From the NCBI RefSeq assembly GCF_006345805.1, contig NC_043002.1:37696001-37760000 (forward strand): DNA of 64,000 bases, read 5' to 3'. The notes beneath the pieces were generated by a model. The model saw nothing but the letters and a program-made list of their open reading frames with translations, was not told where the DNA came from and ran no database searches. The translations under genes were made by a program, and so were the position numbers. This DNA is from Octopus sinensis (taxonomy: Eukaryota). Positions 26,287-38,594 of the stretch are shown here, in pieces. Positions within the stretch are counted from its first letter, which is position 1. Each line of letters begins with the position of its first letter.

Positions 26287-26595
26287 ACATGTGACTTCAT
26301 TGACCTAGGTTACCGTGGTCTTTTCCGTAGGCTTTTCTTTCCAGAGGTAAACCTCACCTGTCCTCCCCATTACACTTTTTATTGACATATCTGTGATAAC
26401 GATTCCTATTGATCGATTTTTTCGTTTCCTTTTATTTTTACCACCCCCCTTTTTTGCTTTTGCTTTCCTCTTTCTTTCCTTTTACGATCCCTTTTGATCG
26501 AAAAGCAAACTCCCTTTTTTTATCCCCAAAAAGAAAAGCTCTACCTTGTAATTTGTTCCGTCTGTGTGCATCCCTGTGTGGTTAATAAAGAAACA
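26286..26595 (+). mobile_element. 3' UTR-only copy of a related Tx1-like subfamily
   Basis: Colinear with 25866-26216 (aggttaccgtggtctttt, cctattgatcg, aaagaaaagctctaccttgtaa); ends aataaagaaaca; flanked by (TATC)n. Confidence 0.85.
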
Positions 26596-26659
<64 letters not shown>

Positions 26660-27639
26660 CATCTAGGTGGTGGTGGGTGCAAAACGGGTAAGTGGGGCAA
26701 AATAAATCATTTTTGATCTCTCGTTAATTTCTTCCTGTAACAATAATATTCGTAGTATTGCACCACTTTTGGAATTAAAACTGGTCCGAATATTTTTTGT
26801 TGAAGCTGAGAGATCTTGAAACACAGTCATGTGACAGATACTTTGTTTTTCAAGAAATTTTTCCTCAACTTTGACCCGATTGTAATTGAGGCTGCTAATA
26901 AAATATCTGGATAATTCTTGGTGTTTAACAATCATATTGTTTTCTTTGTTGGATTCCAAGTCAATTTCTCTCCCACATTAATGTCTAATTTAATAACTTT
27001 TAATTTTCAAAAAAATTATCTCAAGTGGGGTAAGATTAATCATGGCTAATTTTAATAATTTCTTCTGTTTAACCACTTTCCACATAAACGTCAGGAAGGG
27101 AACCACTGCTGTAGTTGAGTTTGTAGAGTTAGTCGAGTTTCATCTATTTCATATCATCTGCAATTTTTCTACGATTCTCTTCCATTTGACCATGACATTT
27201 TCAAATTTGGTTCACTTCTAACGTTTTTGATGTTTAAAGATGGATATTTATGCGTATGAGTCATTTTTCAATGGTAATTCTAAAGAACTGAAGAAGCATT
27301 ATCTCAGACTCATTTTGTCCTACGTAAATTTGTCGTTTGCATGTTCTTAGAAAACGGTGATAATTATCTGAAATAGTGTTCTGAATAAGTTATAGTGCCT
27401 GTAGTGCATTTTGAGGTCATTTGCTTAGCTAATATAGTTTGTGATTATGCTCCAGACTCGTGAAGTCTGCGTAAGTTGCCACGCATCCATCATCAAAGAA
27501 CTTTGAGGGACCAGTACGACTAAAACTTCTTGTATATATGTTTATCTCTATATCTCATTGCTTATTTTATTTATATTTACGTACGCACACACATGTATAC
27601 TTTTTTTATATACATACATACATACATACATACATACAT

Positions 27640-27702
<63 letters not shown>

Positions 27703-28449
27703 CATATATACATACATATATATATATATATATATACGTATACGGATTTATGTGCTTTTATGCATATTTATTTCCTGCATCTAAACGAATATTTAACAAT
27801 TTTTTCAACGTTAAAAGAGCTATAAATTTTCGTAAATGTATCACATCTTCACGGATATACAACCGCTTTTCACTTTCATCTGCCAAATTGGCAGGCTAAT
27901 AATATGTTGAAAGAAAATATGGCTTTATCTTTTTAATCAACAATAATAACAGTAACACGTTTCTTAACTGCTTAATATATCCATCTGCCAAACAGCGAAA
28001 CCACCAATAAAAATATTCTGTTTAATGATTATAAGTTAGTTCCTGGTTTTACCATTCTGGTTCGGACGTACGCATCTGTGTTATGTGTGACAGTGAATAT
28101 TTGTCTGCATGTGTGTGCGTGTATTAATAATGTATTGTTATTGTCTATTATTGTTGTCTAATTTTCACCATGCTAGCCATGATCCAGCGGCTCCACAATG
28201 AGAATTCTTTCAACCCTGCCATCACCGTCTCTGTTAACATTTGCCTTGAACTACATACATTATAAGCTGTTCTTTTTTTTTTAAAAAAAAGACATTAGAT
28301 TTTGATTTGTGAGCAAAGCAATTTCACGGCTATTTATTGAAGGTCCATCAACGGCGTAGAAGCTCCGAAGTTGCTTACGTCATTAGATGGCTAGTTTATT
28401 CTATTGGCAAATAGATCGAATAATGATTCATTGAAGCATATGATGATGT

Positions 28450-28630
28450 CTTTTATCTTCTTGTTTCAGTCATTTTTGCTGCGACCATACTACAGCAGAG
28501 CATTGACGGGTCTTATTTTCTAAACCTGGTACTTATTCTTTGCCCGAATTGCTAAGTTACGGGAACCGACACACTAGCACCGATTCTCAAGCGGTAGTAG
28601 GGGACAAACAGAAACACAAAGACACACAAC
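28450..28630 (-). mobile_element. SINE family B 3' part (diverged)
   Basis: cttgtttcagtcatt..gcgaccatac..gtacttattct..ctaagttacggg matches the reverse of 42260-42440. Confidence 0.65.
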
Positions 28631-29493
28631 AAATTATAATCTAAGCAGTTTATTTAATATGTAGTTGGCATGTTCTTTGCCTCAGTACTCCTTTATTAAA
28701 TACCAGTAAATGCCAATGATCAATCTTCATATATACCATCAACCTAATCAAGTTAGTATTTAAGTATATAATCTGTATAAATATTAAACTATTTCTATGT
28801 AATTTCTTTTCCTCCCTCTATTGCGGTAAAATTTGGTATATACTCAAAAGTATTAAAAAAAATTATCCTTTTGTTATAATATTCTTCTTAATAATCTGAA
28901 TAACCCTAAATTTTAACTTTATACAATATGGCAATATTGTTTAAAATATTTAACTATAGTACCCCACGATAAAATTTCCCCTGTATTATCATCATTGGTT
29001 TATTAGAGTCTTACCTCTTTAATTGTCAGCTAACATCTTGATTTAAGATTTCCTTTACCAAATCTTATTATATTGCTTCAAATTAATCTTGATAGTTTTA
29101 TGACTCCCTCAGCCACTTTCCTAACGGACACGGCTCATTGTTCTTTGGTCTTAGATTTTGATATACAAACATTTAATAAACAAGACTATACATTAAAACT
29201 GACTCCCACCCAAAACAGTGACAGGCTAGATCTCTAACATGTCTTTCTTCCTGATACTTTAGTAGCTTCTAAGCTGAAGTGAAGACAGCAGGTTCTTTGT
29301 CTATCTCTTTATCTTATAGGTTTTAAGTAAAATTATACTAATATGTCCATCTGTTTTAATTTGATTCTATGTATTTATGCAGCTGAGGATTGTTCTGCAT
29401 TTAAATTGATGTAATGGTTGCATTATTCAATTAAATGGAGTCGCTTGAAAATATTGTACTGCATTACCTCCAGATATCCTGTTGCTTATTTTG

Positions 29494-29557
<64 letters not shown>

Positions 29558-29601
29558 CATATACATATATACACACACACACATATATATATATATTATA
29601 T

Positions 29602-29632
<31 letters not shown>

Positions 29633-29659
29633 CTGTGTGTGGGTGTGTGTGGAGGTGCA

Positions 29660-29941
29660 ATGACCTATTGGTAAGGACAGTGGTCTCGCGGTCGTAGGAT
29701 TGCGGTTTCGATACCTTGACCGGGCGTTGTGAGTGATTATTGAGTGAAAATACCTAAAGCTTTACGAGGATCCGGCAGTGGGTGCTGGCAAAACCTGTTG
29801 TACCTTTTCACCACAACTTTCAGGCTTTCGTCCTGTTTCTGAATCTCCCCGAGAACTACGTTAAAGGTACACGTGTCTCTACAGGCTCTGCTGTTGATCG
29901 GATCAACTGGAACCCTAGTCGTCGTAACCGACGGAGTGCCA
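29660..29941 (+). mobile_element. tRNA-derived SINE family C
   Basis: tRNA-like head (ggtttcgatacc) and tail gtcgtaaccgacggagtgc shared with the minus copy at 36775. Confidence 0.75.
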
Positions 29942-30084
29942 CGATATATATATATATATATGTATACATATATATATGTATATCTCTCTATATATATATG
30001 CATATATATATGTATGTATATATAAGTATGTGTGTATATATATGTGTGTGTGTGCATATATATATATAATATATATATATATAT

Positions 30085-30232
30085 ACGACGAGCTTCTTTC
30101 AGTTTCCGTCTATGAAATCCACTCACAGGGCTTTGGTAGGCCTGTGGCAATAGTACAAAACACTTGCCTAAGTTGCCGCGCAGTGGGACTGATCCTGGAA
30201 CTGTGTGGTTGGGAAGCAAGCTTCTTACCCCG
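30085..30232 (-). mobile_element. SINE family B head (5' module)
   Basis: cttctttcagtttccgtct...acacttgcc..cagtgggact..aagcttcttacc is the reverse of 42060-42205. Confidence 0.75.
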
Positions 30233-30249
30233 AGTTCACATTAGAATTC

Positions 30250-30451
30250 AAAATAATCCTTTCTGCTAAAGGCCTGAAGTTTGAGAGACGGAGTAAGTCG
30301 ATTACATTGTCTGCAGTACTCAACTGGTACTTGTTTTATCGACAAGAAAAAGAGGAAAGGCAAAGACGACCTCAGCAGAATTTGAACTCAGAACGTAATG
30401 CCGCTAAGCATTTTAACTGGCATGCTAACATTTCTGCCAGCTCACCACCTT
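30250..30451 (-). mobile_element. SINE family A (diverged, different tail)
   Basis: aagtcgattacat..caactggtact..gaatttgaactcagaacgtaa..ttctgccagctcaccacc. Confidence 0.75.
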
Positions 30452-31121
30452 CTAAAATTCAAAATGATGTATTTTGATGTAAATTCTAAATATATTGATA
30501 ATTAGGAGCGTAGCTTGGCGGTTAGAGTGTTAGACTAATGATCGCAATTTCGAATACCAGGCTGGGTAGTGCTTTATATTCTTGAGCAAAAGATTTCATT
30601 TCACTTTGCAGTTCATTGATGATAAAAATGAGTGTCAGCAACTGCTAGAAGTTAACCATGCGGTGAGCTGGTACTTTTCTTTCCGGCGTCTGTACGCCAC
30701 ACAAACCTGATAAGCTGTCCTGTAGGTCGTGATGAATATTAGATATTAAATATGAGGCTATTCTGATAAAATCGTTTTCATTGTTTTTTCCCTCGAATGA
30801 GCAGCATTACTCTTCTTAGACTATATTCATTTTTATTGTTTAAATATTAATTCTAGCTCTATTAGCTACAATAATATCTTATTAGATATTATATATTTCA
30901 TTTTGTTTGTTGAGAAAATTTTGTAAAAGAAATTCATACTCGTGTTCTTTTTAGTATGACTACACATTCTTAACGCCAAGAATCGTTTTAGGTAAGTTAC
31001 TGCATCTCTTTAGAAGCACGTAATTATAAATATGTTAATGAGTGTTGTCTGAATATCTTATAATGAAAAATATTTTTAATCAATAAAATTTTCTTTCTTA
31101 GTGAAACGAGAGGAAAGTCTA

Positions 31122-31352
31122 ACGGTTGAGCTGGCAGAAACGTTAGCACGCCGGGCGAAATGCTTCGCGGTATTTCGTCTGCCGTTACGTTCTGAATTCA
31201 AATTCTACCGAGGTCGACTTTGCCTTTCATCCTTTCGGGGTCGATTAAATAAGTACCAGTTACGCACTGGGGTCGATGTAATCGACTTATTCCGTGTGTC
31301 TGTCATTGCTTGTCCACTCTATGTTTAGCCCCTTGTGGGTAATAAAGAAATA
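31122..31352 (+). mobile_element. SINE family A, tail type 1
   Basis: Near-identical to the copies at 45522, 57504 and the reverse of 1012. Confidence 0.9.
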
Positions 31353-32119
31353 GGTAGTTGTTAGTGATTCTAAAATAAAAGAGAAGATAATTCTCGACAG
31401 ACATAAAATTAATTTTTTATAGAACACACATGTTTAGGGCGAAGATAGTATATCTTCGTTTACAAACAAAAGATAACTATGGATATCTTTCAGCCCATTA
31501 GTTTTCGTCAGCAAAATAAACTCTAATCCAGCCAACTGTGAAGCTTTTTAAGTATGGAAAAGTGTAACAAATATTTTTTGACCAGAATAATTTACATAGT
31601 TATAAATAAAATAACTATAAATAAAATAACTCAAATTTTCTAATGACATAAATTTCGAAAATTAAATTAAAGTGTGATATCTGGAAAGTTCCTATTGAAT
31701 AATTCAAATCCCTCTTTTCATTGGAGAAAGAAAACACAAAATTAGCGGCAATTGTTTGTAACTCTCAAAGATAAAAGAAGATAATAACGAGACATTAAGA
31801 GTTAAATTCAAAATTTAGTTTACATGCTTAGCGAAATAACGATATTTTTATTCCCAACTTCCTGATGTTTACAGTCATTTTGGTTGCACAAACATATTTG
31901 AATTTCCTTTATTTAATCAAAATAGAGATAATACGTGATAATAATCTTAATGTTTTACCTTAGTATTATTGTTTAGCCTCAAATCAACCTTGATTAAATG
32001 GAGTTTTGATAAAAGGTACCGATAAAAGGTCGCTTGTACGGCAACAAACAAGATAAGCTCTAAAGCTCGCGATGCATATCAAATATTAAGTATGGCGCTA
32101 TTCTCATAATATATTCTTT

Positions 32120-32286
32120 TTATTCGTCTGTCTTTACGTTCTGAGAGCAAATTCCGTCGATCTCGACTTTGTCTTTCATCCATTCGGGGTTGATAAATTA
32201 AGTACCAGTTGCGTACTGAGGTCGATCTAATCGACTAGCACCCTTCACAAAAATTTTGGGCTTTGTACCTACAGTAGAAAACATTA
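32120..32286 (+). mobile_element. SINE family A, 5'-truncated, tail type 3
   Basis: Family A central domain followed by cccttcacaaaaattttgggctttgtacctacagtagaaa. Confidence 0.7.
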
Positions 32287-33659
32287 TATTCTTTTTATTA
32301 AAGTTTTGTATTAATTTTAACTGTATTAACAACATCACTGTTCGCATTATAGAACCGCTTAAAGTGATTATAAAGATATTTGAGATACTCTGTATAATTA
32401 ATATGGAAATAAACAATATTACCTACAATGTTTTTGTTGCTTTCATTTAGGCTCCTCCCTCAGGTTAGCCATGATCGAGCAAACCTATAATCAAAGGTAT
32501 ACCAGGGGTGACCCTACCGTTTTTTGAACTGTATCTACAATTACAGCCGCCAACGTGCTCTTTTCTTTTTTTAAATCGGTAATGGACATTTGAGAAATAT
32601 TTCACTGTGACTCGCTCGATATTTCGGTGGAGATCAATCATATAATAAAATAGAGTGCCTAAATAAGCACCTCACCGTATGTAACTCTGTTTATCTACGT
32701 TGTGAATTGAAACATTGAAGAGGTCTGATTTGCCTTACGCTACTCCAGGATTGATAGAAGACAAAAAACATAGTAATTATTTAAAACATTACGAGCCGAA
32801 GCTTCTAAAAGACAGCCTTAAGTGCACTAAATTTCAATATTCATACCTCATAAAATTTAATTTTAACATCGAAAATGCCTAGAAAATTCTAGCAAAAAAA
32901 TGGAAGTGAGAGCCAGACGACTGGAATAACATGTGAGTTCTTCGAAGAGGAATACGATAAGATTTAAACATATTTACACAGGGGTGTTATCCACGGCGTC
33001 GTACTAGCACGCGTACACAATGATGACTGGAACTGAAGTGCTTCCATATATTTCCTACAATATAATATTCATTTAGTAATAGTTATTGAATATTTCTTGT
33101 CAGTTTAGAGATGATAGCTTCATTTGAAATAATATTAATTGCTTTGTTGAATGACTCCTTAACATTCTTGCTATAATTATTGAATTATTTGGATTCAAGC
33201 AAGATTTTGGCTTTAAGAAATCTGGAAGAACAGAAGATATCTGTGTGTTACATAATTATTATGCAACTGATGTAAACATCAGGTGCCATAGCTTCAGGTC
33301 ATCCGAAATTTTATAATAGAAATTTAGAGTGCGCATGTATATGTGCATGTATATATGTATATATATACATGCATACAAACAAACACGCATATATACAAAA
33401 ATATGCATGCTTAAACACGCATACATATATAATGCATACATTTAGCTTCTTGAATGAACAAGTATTTATATTCATGTGAGCCTTGTAAATGAGCCTGTTC
33501 TCCCGATATTGTTTTGAGAAATGTTTTCCAAGTTCGAAATGTAAGCGTAATTTAATTGTAAATCATTTTTAGGCATTGGTTTAAAAATGTTAACTATAAC
33601 TATCTTGTGGTTGGTTGGTTGGTAAGTGCTCTGACATTACAGTTTGAAGCGTAAATGAG

Positions 33660-33684
<25 letters not shown>

Positions 33685-33690
<6 letters not shown>

Positions 33691-36563
33691 AATCCAAAAG
33701 GGAAACAAAAAAAAAACAACAACAGGAACAATTACAGTATTATTATTAATAGGCGCTCAGGAGATGGAAGCAGGGAGGTATGACGTTCGAGCGGAGCTCT
33801 TCGTCGGAAACATAAAGAAAAAGAGAGAGGAAGAAAGATCCCAGAGCGGGCAACAGGGAAAGAGAAAAAAGACGACTGGTGTTTACGAGTTGCACATGGT
33901 GAAAGGCGGATGTTGACGATAACAAGAGCAAAGTGGGTTTTTAAAGGCAAAAGAGTGGAGACAAGGTTGGTAACCCAACAGATGTGTGTGTATGTGTGAG
34001 TGTGTGCGTGTGCGTGTGTGTATGTGTGTGTGTGAGGCGAGATGAAAAAACAAAAAAATATGTGTGTGTTAGTGTGTGCGTCTGTGTGTAGGCGTGTGGG
34101 TAGGGCGAGACGAGTGGTCAGCTAGCAACGAGGTCAGTAGTAAGAAAAAGAAGGAAGGAGGAAGGGAGGTCAGTAGTAAGAAAAAGAAGGAAGGAGGAAG
34201 GGAGGGAGGGGAAGGGGTGGGGGCGTATGTAGCGTGCCAGCGTGTGTTGAGTAGTAGTGTGTGTGTGTGTCCAGTGTCGTGGTGGTATTAATGGCGAGTA
34301 GATTGAATGTGTGTAAGAGTGATGTATATATATAGGCAAGGTGTGTATATGTGTGCGCGTGTGTGTAACGAAAAAGGGGGGGGGTTTAAGGAAAAAGGAC
34401 TCCAGCTGAGGGGAAGATGGAAGAGTGGTACCGCGGAGACAGGCGTGGAAAACCCAACGACACGCGACGGTCCCAGGAACCGGCGGGGGTCTCGTCAGGT
34501 CCAAGGGCGAGGTATGCGGCGCGTATGCAGCGCGAGCCGGCGCAAGTGCGTATGTGCGCGTGCCTGCGAGTATGCGCGTAAGTATGTATGTGTGGATGTG
34601 TGAGTGTGTCTGTGTGTATGTCTGGGTGGCAGTGTGTCCGATGAATGTATGTGAGTATGTGTGTATGTATGTGTGTGCATAGATGTATGTCCGTGTGTGT
34701 GTGTGTGTGTGTTGTGTGTGAGTGTGTATGTATGTACGTGGGGGTGTGGGGAAGTGTGGTGTATGTGCATGTGTGTGCGCGTACATACAGGTGTGTGAGT
34801 GAGTGTGTGTGTGTGTATGTATGTGTGAGTGTGTATGTATGTGTGTGTCGGATGCATGTATGTGTATGGGTGTATGTATGCGTGTGTGTATGTATGTATG
34901 TGTACGTGCGTGTGTGTGTGTATGCTTGTAGGTGTGCGCGTGTGCATGCATGCATGCATTGCGTATGTGTGTGTGGTGTGCATGTGTGTGGGTATATATG
35001 TATGTGCGTATATGTGTGTGTATGTGCGTACATGTTGTGTGTGTGTATGCATGTGTGTGTATGTAGGTGTGTAGGCGTGTGTGTATAGGTGTATGTATGT
35101 AAGTATGTGTGGGTGTGTCCGTGTATGTGTGTGTATGTATGTGTGTGTATGTAGGTGTGTGGGCGTGTGTATATGTGTGTGTATGTAGGTGTGTGGGCGT
35201 GTGTATATAGGTGTATGTGTGTATGTCTGGGTGTGTCCGTGCATGTTTGTGTGTGTGTGTGTGTATGCATGTGTATGTGGGTGTGTGTGTACGTGTGTAA
35301 TGTATGTGTGTATGCGTGTTTATGCGTGCGTGTGTGTATGTAGGTGCGTGTGTATGTGTGTGGGAGTGTAGGTGTGTGTGTTTATGTTGGTGTGTGCGTA
35401 TGTGAGTGTGAGTGTATGGGTGTTTGTCATGCATGTGTGTGCGCGTGCAGGTGAGTGTGTGTGTAAGTATGTGTGTGTGTATGTTTGTGTGAGTGTGTAA
35501 GTGTGTATGTCTTTGTGTATGTATGTGCGTATAGGAGTATGTGGGTATGTGTGTATGTATGTATATGGGTGTATGTATGTATGTGTGTGTGTGTGCATGT
35601 GTATAAGTATATGTGTGTGTGCGTATGTGTGTATGTGTATGTGTGTGTGTTTATGTATGTGTGTATGTATGTGTGTAGGCGTGTGTGTGTAGATGTATGT
35701 ATGGGTGTGTGTCCGTGTGTGTTTGTGTGTGTGTAGGTAGATGTGTGTGTCTGAGTGAGGGTATGGCTGTGTAGGTGTGTGTGTGTATGAATGTAAGTGT
35801 GTGTGTATACAAGTGTAATGTATGTATGTAGGTGTGTGTGTGTGTGTGTATGTGTACGTGTGCGTGTGTATGTGTGTGTGTGTATGCGTGTGAGTGTGAG
35901 TGTATGGGTGTATGTCTGTGTGTGTGTATGTCTGAAGTAGGTATGTATGTGTATGTATGTATGTGTGTGTGTGTGCAGGTATGTGTGTGTATGTGTGTGT
36001 GAGTAGGTGTGCGTGTATGTATGTGGGTAGGGATGCATGCGAGTGTGTGGGTATGTATGCATACATACGTACGCGCACATCCGAAGCAAGCCCACACGCA
36101 CAAAGCGCGCTCACGCACGCAACGCACAAGCAGTACAACGCAAGCCCAAGGGGCCGACCAAGCCCCCAGCGCGCGCCAAGGCGCGCGAGCGCAAAGGCCC
36201 TCGAACGCCCCGCTACGCGGGAACCGAGGATCCATCAGCCAAAACCGGAAGCAGAAAAGAGGGGGGGCTGCCTGGATGCAAAAAGGTGTATGTGTGTGTG
36301 CATTCAGTGTAAGGGTGTGCATGTGTGGGCATGTATGTATGTATGTGCCTACATGTATGTTTGCATGTGTGTGTGTGAAGTATGTACGTGCGGTGTGTGT
36401 GTGTGTGTGAGTGTGTGTGTATGTGCGTATGTATGTGTGTGTGTATGTGTGTATGTATGTCTGTGTGTGTGTGTGTGTGTGTAAGTATGTATGTGTGTGC
36501 GTATGTATGTATGTGTGTGTGTATGTGCATGTTGGTTTGTATGTTAGTGTGTGCTAGTATGTC
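33685..36563 (-). mobile_element. Non-coding (CA)-rich repeat element X, long copy 2
   Basis: 33685-34806 is the reverse complement of 15556-16647; a further ~1.75 kb of CA-rich sequence includes a CpG-rich block at 36060-36290; (TA)n on both flanks; hammerhead-like motif at 33777-33812; private 35-bp tandem duplication at ~34131-34203. Confidence 0.8.
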
Positions 36564-36704
36564 TATATATATATAATGGCGGTGCCCTGAAACTAGATAA
36601 AAAAATAAATAAATAATACCTACATTATTGCAGAGAATTTATGCTCTCACTGTCTCTCTCTCTCCCTCTCTCTATCAATCTATATATATATATATATAAT
36701 ATAT

Positions 36705-36758
<54 letters not shown>

Positions 36759-36774
36759 ATAATTATATATATAT

Positions 36775-37095
36775 GAGCACTCCGTCGGTTACGACAATCA
36801 GGGTCCGAGCTGATACGAACAACGGAACAGCCTGCTCGTGAAATTAACGTGCAAGTGATTGAGCAATCTACAGACACGTGTACCCCTAACGTAGCTCTCT
36901 GGGAGATTCAGCGTGACACAGAGTGTGACAAGGCCGGCCCCTTTGAAATGCAGGTACGACTCATTTCTGCCAGCTGAGTGTACTGAAGCAACGTGAAATA
37001 AAATTCTTGCTCAAGGACACAACGCGCCGCCATGATTCGAACTCATGACCTTACAATCGTTAGCCGAATGCCCTAAACACTTAGCCACGCGTCTT
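36775..37095 (-). mobile_element. tRNA-derived SINE family C with CORE-like central domain
   Basis: Minus: tRNA-like head, ccttgagcaagaattttatttcacgttgcttcagtacactcagctggcagaaatgag (CORE-like, from recall), tail gtcgtaaccgacggagtgc. Confidence 0.75.
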
Positions 37096-37134
37096 CATAC
37101 ATACATATATACATACATACATACTTACATACAT

Positions 37135-37207
<73 letters not shown>

Positions 37208-38205
37208 CTCATTCATATATAGGTGTGTATGTATAGTATACATATATATTGTGTATAACATATACTTCTCTCCCTCTCTATCTATCTATATCACAGAACC
37301 TCCCAAAACTATACACCGGTATCTAGGCATTATCTAAGCGTAATAATTATATTACCTATTAAAAAACTAAAAATACCCAAGTAAGCGATCCATACAAAGT
37401 AAGAATCCACTGTATAAGAATGAGGAACAACTGAGAATAACGAGACAAATATATAAGAAATTACCAACCGAGCATAACATATGTGTGTTCTCAACATCTG
37501 CTGCCCAAACGGGTATCATTATGGTTTCGACACTTTTGTTGTACCAATGAACCCAGTGGTTTTCACAGCATTAAAAATATAAACGTTGCCTGGAAATGCA
37601 GCAGCTTATTACTACAAGTAACAACATCAGAGTAAACAAATAATGATAATTTATAACTACAAAATAGTACTTATAACAAAGATCGAATTCCAAAAAACGA
37701 CATTCAGACAATACAATAAGTATAGACCATTAGATACTTTGTTTCTCGATAACATCTCATCACGAACTTGATATAAAAATACCTAAAACAAGCCTAATAA
37801 TAATTAGTAGAACAGTACATCTCGTAAACAACGTCCTCGAACTGTGTGCCAGACAAATGACAGGTTTAGATCAATACATATGAGACAAGTTCAATACTAT
37901 AAAATATATTAACCAAATCAATAGTTTATTAAAAGTAAAACGATAAGAAGGGGAAATAGAATTAAATTTTAATAAATTACACACACATATATAATCAAAA
38001 ACAAATAATTAATAGCAGGTGCTAACTACAAATGGACTAAATTATCCAATATAATTAAACGGCCAACGAGATTGTTACTTAGAAACAACTTGCATTACAT
38101 TAATTATAGAATATATATATATAATTATTATTTGAGGGAATAAAATCCAAACTTACAAGGAAAAAGAATTCAATTTAGAAATACTAAATCAAATTCCACA
38201 CAATA

Positions 38206-38526
38206 TAATATATATAAAATATTAGAAAAAAATCACCTTTTATCAATTCAAAATGAATAATTAAATTACACTATCTAGAAAATTACATATTTTAGAAAAG
38301 TTAAAATTAAAATAACAATTAAGAAGTAAAGATTAAGTAAATTACAAAAATAATATAATGTATGTAATTGTTTTCTACCAATTATATACATTATATTATT
38401 TTTGTAATTCACTTAATCTTTACTTTTTAATTGTTATTTTAATTTTAACTTTTCTACTATATGTAATTTTCTAGATGGTGTAATTTAATTATTCATTTTG
38501 AATTGATAAAAGGTGTTTTTTTTCTA

Positions 38527-38540
<14 letters not shown>
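38206..38540. repeat. AT-rich fold-back hairpin (~155-bp arms, ~22-nt spacer) bounded by (TA)n
   Basis: aaaatattagaaaaaaatcaccttttatcaattcaaaatg...aatataatgtat pairs with atacattatatt...cattttgaattgataaaaggtg..ttctaatatttt. Confidence 0.85.

Positions 38541-38594
<54 letters not shown>

Noticed and set aside
24132-26664. CRISPR-like repeat-spacer array
   Set aside because: The repeats are simple TATC tracts of variable length and the intervening pieces are LINE fragments of 300-2000 bp; eukaryotic context with no cas genes.
26663-27520. ORF 26663..26959 and the adjacent minus-strand sequence as a transposase or LINE remnant
   Set aside because: No catalytic or family motif recognised with confidence; left unassigned.
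34118-35434. 438-aa His/Thr-rich ORF as a metal-binding protein
   Set aside because: It lies within element X CA repeats; the second copy does not preserve a common frame, and overlapping ORFs exist in all frames.
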